A DNA stretch of 63,962 bases, counting the filler, from Welwitschia mirabilis (lineage: Eukaryota), in the NCBI GenBank assembly GCA_051453625.1. It is 6 parts of one record of this genome, joined end to end, with 100 filler letters (N's around TTAATTAATTAA, not from the genome) between each part and the next. Parts side by side here need not be neighbours in the genome. Positions count along the whole stretch, not along the records: positions 1 to 11,738 come from JBOZIK010000001.1; positions 11,839 to 20,879 come from JBOZIK010000001.1; 4 more parts are not named here. One strand, given 5' to 3'. Shown one piece after another: positions 1-13,400 of the stretch. Under the pieces are notes generated by a model. The model did not search any database. It saw only the letters and a program-made list of their open reading frames with translations, and was not told the origin of the DNA. Position numbers and translations under genes: made by a program. The first letter of the stretch is position 1, and every line of letters begins with the position of its first letter.

Positions 1-350
1 TCACATTAAGCCTTGTATTATATTATCATTCTGAGTGTTCAAAAAGGACGTTCGACTTCAACTCTACAAAATGAAAATATATATAATGCTGTGAAAAATT
101 TAACAATACACAACTAGTTAAACCTTTCAATGGTTAGGTTATTATCTTTTATAAAAAGTACATCTTAAAATGGCTCAGTTGAAATCTCCAACTTGAACAC
201 TTGGGAAATTTAAAAGTTAATGGATAAAAGGTTAAAAACTATTGAAGTATCTATTGATTAAACCTTAAACATGATAGAAGCACTTGTCTTGGATTTTCCT
301 TCTGCCATTATCTAAATTCTTCCTTAGCCAATTCTTTTGGTAAACATCAT
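1..350 (+). mobile_element. Integrase C-terminal tail and start of 3' region of an Athila-like Gypsy element (decayed)
   Basis: Reads as decayed W.G.Y...KVH..GSVEI.....EI.KVNG.RLK; clearly similar to 13230-13470 and to the reverse complement of 46080-46330. Confidence 0.7.
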
Positions 351-1302
351 NNNNNNNNNNNNNNNNNNNNNNNNNNNNNNNNNNNNNNNNNNNNNNNNNN
401 NNNNNNNNNNNNNNNNNNNNNNNNNNNNNNNNNNNNNNNNNNNNNNNNNNNNNNNNNNNNNNNNNNNNNNNNNNNNNNNNNNNNNNNNNNNNNNNNNNNN
501 NNNNNNNNNNNNNNNNNNNNNNNNNNNNNNNNNNNNNNNNNNNNNNNNNNNNNNNNNNNNNNNNNNNNNNNNNNNNNNNNNNNNNNNNNNNNNNNNNNNN
601 NNNNNNNNNNNNNNNNNNNNNNNNNNNNNNNNNNNNNNNNNNNNNNNNNNNNNNNNNNNNNNNNNNNNNNNNNNNNNNNNNNNNNNNNNNNNNNNNNNNN
701 NNNNNNNNNNNNNNNNNNNNNNNNNNNNNNNNNNNNNNNNNNNNNNNNNNNNNNNNNNNNNNNNNNNNNNNNNNNNNNNNNNNNNNNNNNNNNNNNNNNN
801 NNNNNNNNNNNNNNNNNNNNNNNNNNNNNNNNNNNNNNNNNNNNNNNNNNNNNNNNNNNNNNNNNNNNNNNNNNNNNNNNNNNNNNNNNNNNNNNNNNNN
901 NNNNNNNNNNNNNNNNNNNNNNNNNNNNNNNNNNNNNNNNNNNNNNNNNNNNNNNNNNNNNNNNNNNNNNNNNNNNNNNNNNNNNNNNNNNNNNNNNNNN
1001 NNNNNNNNNNNNNNNNNNNNNNNNNNNNNNNNNNNNNNNNNNNNNNNNNNNNNNNNNNNNNNNNNNNNNNNNNNNNNNNNNNNNNNNNNNNNNNNNNNNN
1101 NNNNNNNNNNNNNNNNNNNNNNNNNNNNNNNNNNNNNNNNNNNNNNNNNNNNNNNNNNNNNNNNNNNNNNNNNNNNNNNNNNNNNNNNNNNNNNNNNNNN
1201 NNNNNNNNNNNNNNNNNNNNNNNNNNNNNNNNNNNNNNNNNNNNNNNNNNNNNNNNNNNNNNNNNNNNNNNNNNNNNNNNNNNNNNNNNNNNNNNNNNNN
1301 NN

Positions 1303-2600
1303 TTTTGCAGGACATTTATATAGGTTTTTAGATGCAAATCTGATGATTATGAAGAGTCGATGGGATGATCATGGAAACACGTAATTCTTGGCATCTTTAA
1401 AGGCATTTTAGACATGTTCTAGTACTTAGCGTGTTGGAGGAAGATTGATGATGAATAAGGTTGATTTACTTTAGCTAGAGAGCTTTAGAATGGTGTTGCC
1501 TCACTATTATCCCCATGACAAATAGGATGATAGCACTGTATTAGCCTATTGCAACATCGACTTGGATTAGAGCTTAGAGCCAATGAGCACCCTTTTCTAA
1601 GGAGGTGTCATCCCAAGTGTCATCCCCATGACATGAGGAATGACGACACATTTAGAGCCAACTACAGGGCTGATTGCAGAGCAAGAAGCTAATGAATTAT
1701 TTGTTGTTATGGGGCTTTATCCCTAGTGTTATTCCCATGACAATTAGGATGACAAATTTTTTGTATAAGCAGGACTGAATTATCTTATAATGGAGTCATG
1801 CGTCCCACCTAGGCTGTTAGGGTTTCTTCTCTGACTTCTAGGGTTACGATCCTAGAACTTTCAGTGTAAAACTAAAAATACCTCCCTTGTCCTTATTTCC
1901 AATTCATCTTTTGTAACTAATGTTCTTGTGATGGAAGATTGAAGGATAAAAGGTCCATCTAGTAGGTACGAAGAGAAGTTACCCTTGGTGTTGGGCTAAG
2001 TATCCTCCATTAAGGTGTTGCTACTTTGTTGCAAGTGGATGTAAAAGCTCTATGATCAATTCAAATACTCTTTTCACTAAAATTGTGTAAACGTCCCTTA
2101 TGGTTTAAGGTGATTGCGGTTAGTGACAGTTCCATAATTTATTTAGATCATAAGGGCAATCTTTGTTAAGGTTTACTTAGTTAATTTAGGTTTGCATTTC
2201 TATTTCATTTCAATTTCATATTGCATTTATTCCATAGTTCATGTTGGTTAGGAATAAGTAAAGAATTATTCTTAGTTAATTTGAATTATAGAGAGCTAGC
2301 TCTTATGATAATAGAATTACGAGTCCAAATAGAACTCATCTCATTTACATTTCATCCACTGCATTTCATCTTCCTTCATCATTGCATTGTATTTTCATAT
2401 TTGTTTACTTGCATTCGTTAAAAGATAAAAGACCAAAAATACTCTTGTAAAATCAATTCGCTAATTCTGAGCTTTGTGCCTTCAATGGATTATGATATTC
2501 AGGTTGATTCCCGTCTATACTAGTGTGTGTTTTCTACAGGTATTATGATTTATAGCTCTTGCCTAAGGACTTAAAGATTGCATAAATTCACACTGCAACA
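1303..2600 (+). mobile_element. LTR (probably 3') of Athila-like family; start lies in the gap
   Basis: Both ends align by eye to the reverse complement of LTRs 41333-42738 and 50078-51350; ends cactgCAACA at 2600 like the LTR ending at 19340. Confidence 0.8.
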
Positions 2601-2742
2601 TTGTTAATGCATACAATCCTATACTAATTTAAATTTATTACTATAAGTACAATTTGAAAGTTATAAATATTCCATCAGGNNNNNNNNNNATTTTCACATT
2701 TTTGCACTTAATTTGTTGCATTTCTTTGTATATTTTTTTAAG

Positions 2743-3433
2743 TAACTCCCATCATCGACATACTGTCTTTCATGGCAATCCAGGTCCTTGTTATACTAAA
2801 AGGTAATTTTAATATTATTTTTAGCATTCAGAGCATGCAAATCATTTTCCAAGGGATAGGTAAATAAAGGATATAATATTTTCTCCCAAAATAATATGCT
2901 ACACTAAATTTTTCTTTTATAAAAAGGGAAAAAATGATGATAGATAAGGTCTTAAAGCTCAAGATAGAATTAACTTAGAAAGCAAACTAGTAGCCTCTAC
3001 TACCGGTTTGGAAGTTTGTTAATCCTACTTAAGTTTAAAGTTTCTTTTTGTATATTAAAATAAAAGGATCAGATATTCATTTATTTTTATATACCTCCTT
3101 GGAACTATTATTAATTAGCATTTAAAAATAAAATTATTTACTAATTTAATGGAAACTTCATATTTGCAAGCTATTTTTATTAACTAATTTTAAAAGTGTA
3201 TTCATTCACTAATATGCAAAGTCATATAATCATTAGATTTCAGAAATGTTCTAGCAGACCCTTACCTTGTAAGTTTTAAATAATGAGTGACAAAATTAGA
3301 ATGGTCTTAGTGTTTAACCATGTAGGAAGAGTATAAATTCAAGATAATTTTTGAATTATACAAAAAAATTTCAACATAAGAAGGAAGAGGGATTATTAGA
3401 AATAATTTTGTGTGGCATAAAATTATTAATATC
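2743..3433 (+). pseudogene. Putative 5' exons of a decayed spliced TE-accessory gene, cut by the SIRE insertion
   Basis: Four AG..GT-bounded segments (2743-2802, about 2923/2944-3005, 3244-3268, 3326-3433) join in consistent phase; the 3 stops are TAA/TAG; the last segment appears to continue at 32473. Confidence 0.35.
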
Positions 3434-4387
3434 TGTTAGTAAATCTAGTTTTGATGATTTCACTTGTCAAATATTTTATGTCATTATGTATATAGGTCAT
3501 TGCAAAGAACGTTAGATCAATGTTAAGTACAAGTTATTATCATATCTTCAAAGACGATATCTTATAAAAAGCCTCAAAATTGAAATTGCAAGATCAAAAA
3601 TCTAAATACATCTATAAAATGGAAGACATCTATGATGAAGACGTCCAAACACTTGAAGATGTCTATGATGAAGACATCCAAACACTTGAAGATGTCTATG
3701 ATGAAGACGTCTACATCTTAAAGACATCTTTGATGTACTAACTTTTAGGTCATAGGTAAGCTATCAATTTTTACATTGCAAATTCATGATTATGGAGTGC
3801 CAAAGATTACACAGACCAATTTTTATCAATTTCTAAGCAAGTTCATTAAAGATGTCTACTAGGTAAAGACATCTGACTGATAATAGACATCTACAAATTT
3901 GAATATGTCTTAGATCAAAGTTCGTGTCGATTAAAAATTAAGATGTGTATCAAATCCTAAATGCTCCTATTCATTGCATGATGGTTACAAAGTTTAAACG
4001 GCTACTATTTGAGGTTAAACAGCTAATTTCTCTTTAATGGTATAAAGGTACAATGTCACGGTTCAAATGGTACACTTTCAATGATCATGCATCTAAGGCA
4101 CATAATGAATGAATCTAGCTCAAAGGAAAAGAAGCACGAGTAATTGGAACTAATCAGAAAGGATCAAAGATATCATTTGGAAAGGAGCTTACAATGTCTA
4201 CATCATTTGTTCTTGGATTCTATGTTACTGCATCATTTTTTTGTACTCATGTCGATGACAACAATAAGGAACTAAAGCTCTTCTTAAAAGCTACATCATT
4301 CAAACTTGTTGTTATATTAAATTTATTGATTCTTATATTATTGGACTATCTTATCCTTAAATATTCTTATAATATTATTATAAGTCC
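3434..4387 (+). mobile_element. 5' LTR of the SIRE-like element (end in gap before about 4890)
   Basis: First roughly 90 nt match 32381-32473; contains repeated palindromic AGACGTCT-type motifs. Confidence 0.8.
3622..3729. repeat. 33-bp tandem repeat, about 3 copies, in the SIRE LTR
   Basis: Unit gaagacatctatgatgaagacgtccaaacactt; copies differ mainly at CpG (acgt/acat/atgt). Confidence 0.9.
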
Positions 4388-4892
4388 NNNNNNNNNNNNN
4401 NNNNNNNNNNNNNNNNNNNNNNNNNNNNNNNNNNNNNNNNNNNNNNNNNNNNNNNNNNNNNNNNNNNNNNNNNNNNNNNNNNNNNNNNNNNNNNNNNNNN
4501 NNNNNNNNNNNNNNNNNNNNNNNNNNNNNNNNNNNNNNNNNNNNNNNNNNNNNNNNNNNNNNNNNNNNNNNNNNNNNNNNNNNNNNNNNNNNNNNNNNNN
4601 NNNNNNNNNNNNNNNNNNNNNNNNNNNNNNNNNNNNNNNNNNNNNNNNNNNNNNNNNNNNNNNNNNNNNNNNNNNNNNNNNNNNNNNNNNNNNNNNNNNN
4701 NNNNNNNNNNNNNNNNNNNNNNNNNNNNNNNNNNNNNNNNNNNNNNNNNNNNNNNNNNNNNNNNNNNNNNNNNNNNNNNNNNNNNNNNNNNNNNNNNNNN
4801 NNNNNNNNNNNNNNNNNNNNNNNNNNNNNNNNNNNNNNNNNNNNNNNNNNNNNNNNNNNNNNNNNNNNNNNNNNNNNNNNNNNNNNNNNNNN

Positions 4893-5129
4893 TCAGAGTA
4901 GGTACTCATGAAAAGGAGTAATTCACTTGAGTAAACAATGGAATGGGTGCCATCCGTTAGATCTTCACTCTTTAATGGAGCAATTTATGTGTATTAGAAG
5001 ATAAGGATGCGAATGTTTTTACAGTATTTTGAGTTTTAGGTTTGGCAAATAAATGAACCTACAAAAACCATAATAGGTACAATAGAGGTAAAAACATTGA
5101 AGGATGAAGTTCATCCTTCTTACATGGAC
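4893..5129 (+). mobile_element. PBS remnant (tRNA-iMet type) and gag N-terminus of the SIRE-like element
   Basis: tcagagt directly after the gap matches (TGGTA)TCAGAGC; then S.RS.LFNGA.YVY*KIRMRMFLQ...VWQI, the Copia gag PPxFxGxNYxYWKxRM motif. Confidence 0.8.
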
Positions 5130-8100
5130 NNNNNNNNNNNNNNNNNNNNNNNNNNNNNNNNNNNNNNNNNNNNNNNNNNNNNNNNNNNNNNNNNNNNNNN
5201 NNNNNNNNNNNNNNNNNNNNNNNNNNNNNNNNNNNNNNNNNNNNNNNNNNNNNNNNNNNNNNNNNNNNNNNNNNNNNNNNNNNNNNNNNNNNNNNNNNNN
5301 NNNNNNNNNNNNNNNNNNNNNNNNNNNNNNNNNNNNNNNNNNNNNNNNNNNNNNNNNNNNNNNNNNNNNNNNNNNNNNNNNNNNNNNNNNNNNNNNNNNN
5401 NNNNNNNNNNNNNNNNNNNNNNNNNNNNNNNNNNNNNNNNNNNNNNNNNNNNNNNNNNNNNNNNNNNNNNNNNNNNNNNNNNNNNNNNNNNNNNNNNNNN
5501 NNNNNNNNNNNNNNNNNNNNNNNNNNNNNNNNNNNNNNNNNNNNNNNNNNNNNNNNNNNNNNNNNNNNNNNNNNNNNNNNNNNNNNNNNNNNNNNNNNNN
5601 NNNNNNNNNNNNNNNNNNNNNNNNNNNNNNNNNNNNNNNNNNNNNNNNNNNNNNNNNNNNNNNNNNNNNNNNNNNNNNNNNNNNNNNNNNNNNNNNNNNN
5701 NNNNNNNNNNNNNNNNNNNNNNNNNNNNNNNNNNNNNNNNNNNNNNNNNNNNNNNNNNNNNNNNNNNNNNNNNNNNNNNNNNNNNNNNNNNNNNNNNNNN
5801 NNNNNNNNNNNNNNNNNNNNNNNNNNNNNNNNNNNNNNNNNNNNNNNNNNNNNNNNNNNNNNNNNNNNNNNNNNNNNNNNNNNNNNNNNNNNNNNNNNNN
5901 NNNNNNNNNNNNNNNNNNNNNNNNNNNNNNNNNNNNNNNNNNNNNNNNNNNNNNNNNNNNNNNNNNNNNNNNNNNNNNNNNNNNNNNNNNNNNNNNNNNN
6001 NNNNNNNNNNNNNNNNNNNNNNNNNNNNNNNNNNNNNNNNNNNNNNNNNNNNNNNNNNNNNNNNNNNNNNNNNNNNNNNNNNNNNNNNNNNNNNNNNNNN
6101 NNNNNNNNNNNNNNNNNGTAATTGCAGAGAGACGTTTCCTTGGTGTTGGGCAGTAATTCCTTCAGTGAGATGCAGTTACTTTATAACAAGGATGTGGTTC
6201 AAAGCTTAATACAAAAATCTTCTTTTTATGATTTTAATGTGTAATTATTTTTTATCCTCATAGCTTATGCTACTTCTCATTTGGTAATAAATTTTCTAAT
6301 GATATAGGTTGTGAGGGAAACCTTTGTCAAGGTTGTGCTTGGTTAGTTTAGGTTAAGTGCATTATTGNNNNNNNNNNNNNNNNNNNNNNNNNNNNNNNNN
6401 NNNNNNNNNNNNNNNNNNNNNNNNNNNNNNNNNNNNNNNNNNNNNNNNNNNNNNNNNNNNNNNNNNNNNNNNNNNNNNNNNNNNNNNNNNNNNNNNNNNN
6501 NNNNNNNNNNNNNNNNNNNNNNNNNNNNNNNNNNNNNNNNNNNNNNNNNNNNNNNNNNNNNNNNNNNNNNNNNNNNNNNNNNNNNNNNNNNNNNNNNNNN
6601 NNNNNNNNNNNNNNNNNNNNNNNNNNNNNNNNNNNNNNNNNNNNNNNNNNNNNNNNNNNNNNNNNNNNNNNNNNNNNNNNNNNNNNNNNNNNNNNNNNNN
6701 NNNNNNNNNNNNNNNNNNNNNNNNNNNNNNNNNNNNNNNNNNNNNNNNNNNNNNNNNNNNNNNNNNNNNNNNNNNNNNNNNNNNNNNNNNNNNNNNNNNN
6801 NNNNNNNNNNNNNNNNNNNNNNNNNNNNNNNNNNNNNNNNNNNNNNNNNNNNNNNNNNNNNNNNNNNNNNNNNNNNNNNNNNNNNNNNNNNNNNNNNNNN
6901 NNNNNNNNNNNNNNNNNNNNNNNNNNNNNNNNNNNNNNNNNNNNNNNNNNNNNNNNNNNNNNNNNNNNNNNNNNNNNNNNNNNNNNNNNNNNNNNNNNNN
7001 NNNNNNNNNNNNNNNNNNNNNNNNNNNNNNNNNNNNNNNNNNNNNNNNNNNNNNNNNNNNNNNNNNNNNNNNNNNNNCAGGAGCATAGGTTTTTGCTTTT
7101 TGTAGTGTTACTTTTTCTATTTTTCAAATAAAAACCTGTTTTCTATTCTACAATAAAAAGTTAGTCATCTGCATCGTCGTCCAGACGACGTGCGATGACG
7201 ACGATCTTTATGCTGTGAGTTTTCTGTTTTAGTTTTATGTTAAAAATTTTTAGGATTTTTCCCATCGTCCCCTTAGTCATCCAGATAACTTAGGAGGATG
7301 ACAGTCTATTTCTGGAGTTTTCTATATGAATCAGTCTTTTGTTTCTATTTTCTACTTTTTCCTTTTTTGTGGTTTCTGTGTTTTCTATCATCTAGGATAT
7401 CATCCAGATAACTGCAAGAACGACACTCTATGATTTGAGACTAATCATGAATGGTAAAATCTAGTAAGAAAGAAAAATACTAGAGAGGGTGGTTATTTAT
7501 TACTGAAAATATCCGAGAAGGTTTGATAGACCTAGAAACAGAAATAGGTAAAAACAAAAAAGATACATAAGATTTAGAATTTCTTATAANNNNNNNNNNN
7601 NNNNNNNNNNNNNNNNNNNNNNNNNNNNNNNNNNNNNNNNNNNNNNNNNNNNNNNNNNNNNNNNNNNNNNNNNNNNNNNNNNNNNNNNNNNNNNNNNNNN
7701 NNNNNNNNNNNNNNNNNNNNNNNNNNNNNNNNNNNNNNNNNNNNNNNNNNNNNNNNNNNNNNNNNNNNNNNNNNNNNNNNNNNNNNNNNNNNNNNNNNNN
7801 NNNNNNNNNNNNNNNNNNNNNNNNNNNNNNNNNNNNNNNNNNNNNNNNNNNNNNNNNNNNNNNNNNNNNNNNNNNNNNNNNNNNNNNNNNNNNNNNNNNN
7901 NNNNNNNNNNNNNNNNNNNNNNNNNNNNNNNNNNNNNNNNNNNNNNNNNNNNNNNNNNNNNNNNNNNNNNNNNNNNNNNNNNNNNNNNNNNNNNNNNNNN
8001 NNNNNNNNNNNNNNNNNNNNNNNNNNNNNNNNNNNNNNNNNNNNNNNNNNNNNNNNNNNNNNNNNNNNNNNNNNNNNNNNNNNNNNNNNNNNNNNNNNNN

Positions 8101-8548
8101 NNNNNNNNNNNNNNNNNNNNNNNNNNNNNNNNNNNNNNNNNNNNNNNNNNNNNNNNNNNNNNNNNNNNNNNNNNNNNNNNNNNNNNNNNNNNNNNNNNNN
8201 NNNNNNNNNNNNNNNNNNNNNNNNNNNNNNNNNNNNNNNNNNNNNNNNNNNNNNNNNNNNNNNNNNNNNNNNNNNNNNNNNNNNNNNNNNNNNNNNNNNN
8301 NNNNNNNNNNNNNNNNNNNNNNNNNNNNNNNNNNNNNNNNNNNNNNNNNNNNNNNNNNNNNNNNNNNNNNNNNNNNNNNNNNNNNNNNNNNNNNNNNNNN
8401 NNNNNNNNNNNNNNNNNNNNNNNNNNNNNNNNNNNNNNNNNNNNNNNNNNNNNNNNNNNNNNNNNNNNNNNNNNNNNNNNNNNNNNNNNNNNNNNNNNNN
8501 NNNNNNNNNNNNNNNNNNNNNNNNNNNNNNNNNNNNNNNNNNNNNNNN

Positions 8549-10900
8549 ATAGATTCCTTTTTATAGGTAGAACTTGTTGATTATTTTTACAGTGGATTAA
8601 GCAGTTACATAAAGCAACTTGTAGATTTTTCTTGTAGAGGAAACTTATTGAAACAAATCTTAGATGATGCTTAGAAAGTATTGGAAGACTTAATAGAAGT
8701 GAGTCATTGATGGCCTAAATCCTCACCTAGAGAAAACTGAACTATAGGCCAATCATTAAAGATCTAAAAGAAGTAAAACATGAGAAAAATGAAATAAAAA
8801 CCAAAAATGAACCANNNNNNNNNNNNNNNNNNNNNNNNNNNNNNNNNNNNNNNNNNNNNNNNNNNNNNNNNNNNNNNNNNNNNNNNNNNNNNNNNNNNNN
8901 NNNNNNNNNNNNNNAAAACATGAGAAAAATGAAATAAAAACCAAAAATGAACCAACCAAGATAAAAAAGGATTTCACTTCAACCTTAGAAAAATACATCC
9001 ACATGATTCTAGATGCAAAGGTGGCAATCAAGAAGAGTGGTGTTTTAGTTTCTACCTATGATTTGTGTGAGGATAGTTACCATGTTACCTAAGATTGTCC
9101 TTTACTTCCAACTTACAAAGAGAGAATTTATGTGGAAGTTTGTGCTTTTAATCAAAGGTNNNNNNNNNNNNNNNNNNNNNNNNNNNNNNNNNNNNNNNNN
9201 NNNNNNNNNNNNNNNNNNNNNNNNNNNNNNNNNNNNNNNNNNNNNNNNNNNNNNNNNNNATTGTCCTTTACTTCAAACTTACAAAGAGAGAATTTATGTG
9301 GAAGTTTATGCTTTTAATCAAAGGTCTTCAAACTACAACCAAAACCAAAGTCAAAGACAAGTTTAAAATTACAACAAATTTCAACCTAGGATGAGTGAAC
9401 AACCCAACTCTAGAAATCATTAAACAAATCATTATAACTTCGAACCTTTGAATAATAGATTTAAGAACTGAAGCTTCCAATCTAATAACTCAAATAATTT
9501 GGCAAGCTCATCCAACTCTCAAAACAATAGTGATCCTCTTAGGAATTCCATTAAGGAGTTAAGAAAATCACAAGAAAAGATAAACTCAAACATTTAAAAA
9601 CAAATACCAAAATTGAAAACCTTGTGAGCATTCTATAACAAACTATGCTTGTCATCCAAAGACCACAAGGGTCTCTTGCCACTCAACCTTTACCAAATCC
9701 AAACAAAGTAAGAAAAGATTATAAGATGATGACAAGAAATGGAAATGACACAACTTCTCCTACCCATGAGGCGTTAACATCACAAAGTGATAAAAATGAT
9801 GAAGAAGAGGACATAGAAATTTTAGAAAACCATTCTTTCCATTCTTCATTAAGCAACAAAAAAAAGACTCTTCACAAAAGAAACCTACTACCTCATTGNN
9901 NNNNNNNNNNNNNNNNNNNNNNNNNNNNNNNNNNNNNNNNNNNNNNNNNNNNNNNNNNNNNNNNNNNNNNNNNNNNNNNNNNNNNNNNNNNNNNNNNNAA
10001 ATATCAAAATTGAAAACCTTGTGAGAATTCTATAATAAACTATGCTTGCCATCTAAAGGCCACAAGGGTCTCTTGCCACTCAACCTTTACCAAATCCAAA
10101 CTAAGTAAGAAAAGATTATAAGATGATGACAAGAAATGAAAATAACACAACTTTTCCTACCCATGAGGCATTAACATCACAAAGTGATAAAAATGATGAA
10201 GAAGAGGACATATAGATTTTAGAAAACCATTCTTTCCATTCCTCGTTAAGCAATAAAAAAAAGGACTCTTCACAAAAGAAACCTACTACCTCATTTCTTG
10301 ATAGGCTTAATATAAACCCTGTTTTTAATGATCATTTAAAATCGTTAATGCAAAATGTGAGCATCAACTTACCATGTTGGAAACTTTTACAAAAAAACCC
10401 AAAGTATTCAAAGCTATGGAAATACTGGATAAGAAGAAAATAAAAATGAACCATCCCTAACAAAGTCTTTCTAGCTCAAGTAGTTAGTAATTTGGTTTAC
10501 CAAAAATGTCTAAAGTTTAAAGATTTGGGGGCAACTGTGAGTGTCACTTTAGAAAGGAAACCATAAGATAAAAAATTCCTTCATAGATATTGGAGCTAGT
10601 TTCAACATCATGCCCTTGCACATTTGTTAGAGACTTGATTTGGAAAAAAGGGTAGAACCTACACAGATTATCTTAGAGTTAGCTGATACTTCTGTGAAGA
10701 AACCGTTAGGTGTTATTAAGGACTTTGTCATTTAGATAGAAGAGGCTTTCTACCCCATTGATGTTTTTTTTTAGAAATTGAGCACCATAGTGAATATTCT
10801 TTACTTCTAGGTAGAGATTTCTGTGCAACAACCTATCATACCATAGATATAAGAACTGGATTAATGAAGTATTATTTCAGGAATAAATAGTTTTCAATAA
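8549..10900 (+). pseudogene. Athila-like gag and aspartic protease (decayed)
   Basis: CxxCxxxxHxxxxC remnant near 9055-9100; Q/N-rich tract; GSLATQPLPNP; protease DIGASFNIMP, LELADTSVKKPLG and LLLGRDF at 10580-10830. Confidence 0.8.
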
Positions 10901-11738
10901 GAGTTTTTGATACAGTGAAAAAAGATTTAGGCAACGATTTGAATTTGGAGGAAGAAATTAGGCCAACTCTGTTTTTACAGCACCGTCCACTTGAGGAAAG
11001 ATGGTTCATGCTTCACGAACCAACCTTGTTTGATGATAAATCAGAAGTAGACTACTTGTATGTTTTTTAAGATCAACTTGATTTTGACCATCTGCAAACC
11101 GAGTTTTCTGATCTGGAGAGTAGAGAGTCTAAGTCTGTCAACTGTGTAGATGTCTGAGAATTTAACAGACTTGAGATTTCTTATTTTGAGGGAGGTCGTC
11201 CACTACTGACGTCTGGGTGATCGGCGTACCAATATTTACACTGACCATGCTNNNNNNNNNNNNNNNNNNNNNNNNNNNNNNNNNNNNNNNNNNNNNNNNN
11301 NNNNNNNNNNNNNNNNNNNNNNNNNNNNNNNNNNNNNNNNNNNNNNNNNNNAGTATTTCAAAAATAAATAGTTTTCAATAAGAGTTTTTGATACAGTTGA
11401 AAAATATTTAGGCAACGATTTGAATTTGGAGGAAGAAATTAGGCCAACTCTGTTTTTACAACACCGTCCACTTGAGGAAAGATGATTCATACTTTAGGAA
11501 CCAACCTTATTTAATGATAAATTGAAAGTAGACTACTTATATATTTATGAGGATCAACTTGACTTTGACCATCGAACAACTGAGTTTTCTAATCTAGAGA
11601 GTATAGAGTTTAAGCTTGTCAACTATGAAGAAGTCCAAGAATTTAGTAGATCTAAGATTTATTATTTTGAGTATGGTCGTTCACTACTAATGTCCAGACG
11701 ACAGTCTATTATCCTGAAAATTTTCCAGAAACTAAAAA

Positions 11739-11838
11739 NNNNNNNNNNNNNNNNNNNNNNNNNNNNNNNNNNNNNNNNNNNNTTAATTAATTAANNNNNN
11801 NNNNNNNNNNNNNNNNNNNNNNNNNNNNNNNNNNNNNN
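11739..11838. other. Artificial scaffolding spacer N44-TTAATTAATTAA-N44 (also around 20924, 30862, 56964, 62432)
   Basis: Identical six-frame-stop 12-mer centred in 100-nt N blocks, five times. Confidence 0.95.
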
Positions 11839-13400
11839 TAAAACAATAATGAAAATCATCCATTCTAGTTTTTACTAGCCTTCTCTTTTTTATGATTCTT
11901 TTTATTTTGCTAGAAGGTGTAATCCTTGTTAGTGTTATGGTAGCCTTATTCATTCACAGAAAAATGTCCCTTAGATATGTTATTTAGTGTGAGCCTTTTG
12001 ATTGTTGAGGTATTGATTTCATAGGCCCTATTCATCCACTTTCTTTTGATAAGCATTACATTTTAGTGGTTGTAGATTATGTGACTAAATGGATTGAAGT
12101 CATACCTACTACTTTGAATGATGTCCAAACTATTTGTCATTTTCTTAGAGCTCATATCTTTCAGAGATTTAGATTTTTTAGAGTTATCATTAGTGATCTA
12201 GGTACTCATTTTATTAATCAAATTTTTAAAAAACTTCTTTTGTTCATTGGTATAGAACATAGAGTAGCTTGTGCTTATCATCTTCAAATTAATGAACAGG
12301 CTGAAAATGCTAACAGAGAAATTAAAAAAATGTTATAAAAACTTGTTTCTATTAAGAATAATTCTTAGACTTCTAAACNNNNNNNNNNNNNNNNNNNNNN
12401 NNNNNNNNNNNNNNNNNNNNNNNNNNNNNNNNNNNNNNNNNNNNNNNNNNNNNNNNNNNNNNNNNNNNNNNNNNNNNNNNNNNNNNNNNNNNNNNNNNNN
12501 NNNNNNNNNNNNNNNNNNNNNNNNNNNNNNNNNNNNNNNNNNNNNNNNNNNNNNNNNNNNNNNNNNNNNNNNNNNNNNNNNNNNNNNNNNNNNNNNNNNN
12601 NNNNNNNNNNNNNNNNNNNNNNNNNNNNNNNNNNNNNNNNNNNNNNNNNNNNNNNNNNNNNNNNNNNNNNNNNNNNNNNNNNNNNNNNNNNNNNNNNNNN
12701 NNNNNNNNNNNNNNNNNNNNNNNNNNNNNNNNNNNNNNNNNNNNNNNNNNNNNNNNNNNNNNNNNNNNNNNNNNNNNNNNNNNNNNNNNNNNNNNNNNNN
12801 NNNNNNNNNNNNNNNNNNNNNNNNNNNNNNNNNNNNNNNNNNNNNNNNNNNNNNNNNNNNNNNNNNNNNNNNNNNNNNNNNNNNNNNNNNNNNNNNNNNN
12901 NNNNNNNNNNNNNNNNNNNNNNNNNNNNNNNNNNNNNNNNNNNNNNNNNNNNNNNNNNNNNNNNNNNNNNNNNNNNNNNNNNNNNNNNNNNNNNNNNNNN
13001 NNNNNNNNNNNNNNNNNNNNNNNNNNNNNNNNNNNNNNNNNNNNNNNNNNNNNNNNNNNNNNNNNNNNNNNNNNNNNNNNNNNNNNNNNNNNNNNNNNNN
13101 NNNNNNNNNNNNNNNNNNNNNNNNNNNNNNNNNNNNNNNNNNNNNNNNNNNNNNNNNNNNNNNNNNNNNNNNNNNNNNNNNNNNNNNNNNNNNATTTTGT
13201 TATATAAGATTAGTATTCTTTTTTTGAATAATAAGTTGATTTCTAAATGGTTAGGTCCTTACCTTATAGAGAAAGTACATCTTAATGACTTAGTTTAGAT
13301 TTTAAACTTAGAGACTAGAGAGATTTAAAAGGTTAATGGATAATAGTTGAAGTTATATAAAGGATTTTTAGATGCAACTGTGAATATGGTAGAAGCACTT
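11839..13400 (+). pseudogene. Athila-like integrase (decayed, gap inside)
   Basis: FDC*GIDFIGP, VVDYVTKWIE, IISDLGTHF, AYHLQINEQAENANREIK; C-terminal KLISKWLGPY...KVNG. Confidence 0.9.

Noticed and set aside
3622..3729. CRISPR-like array (also 58959-59219 and 37868-38200)
   Set aside because: Head-to-tail repeats without unique spacers, no cas genes, eukaryotic TE context
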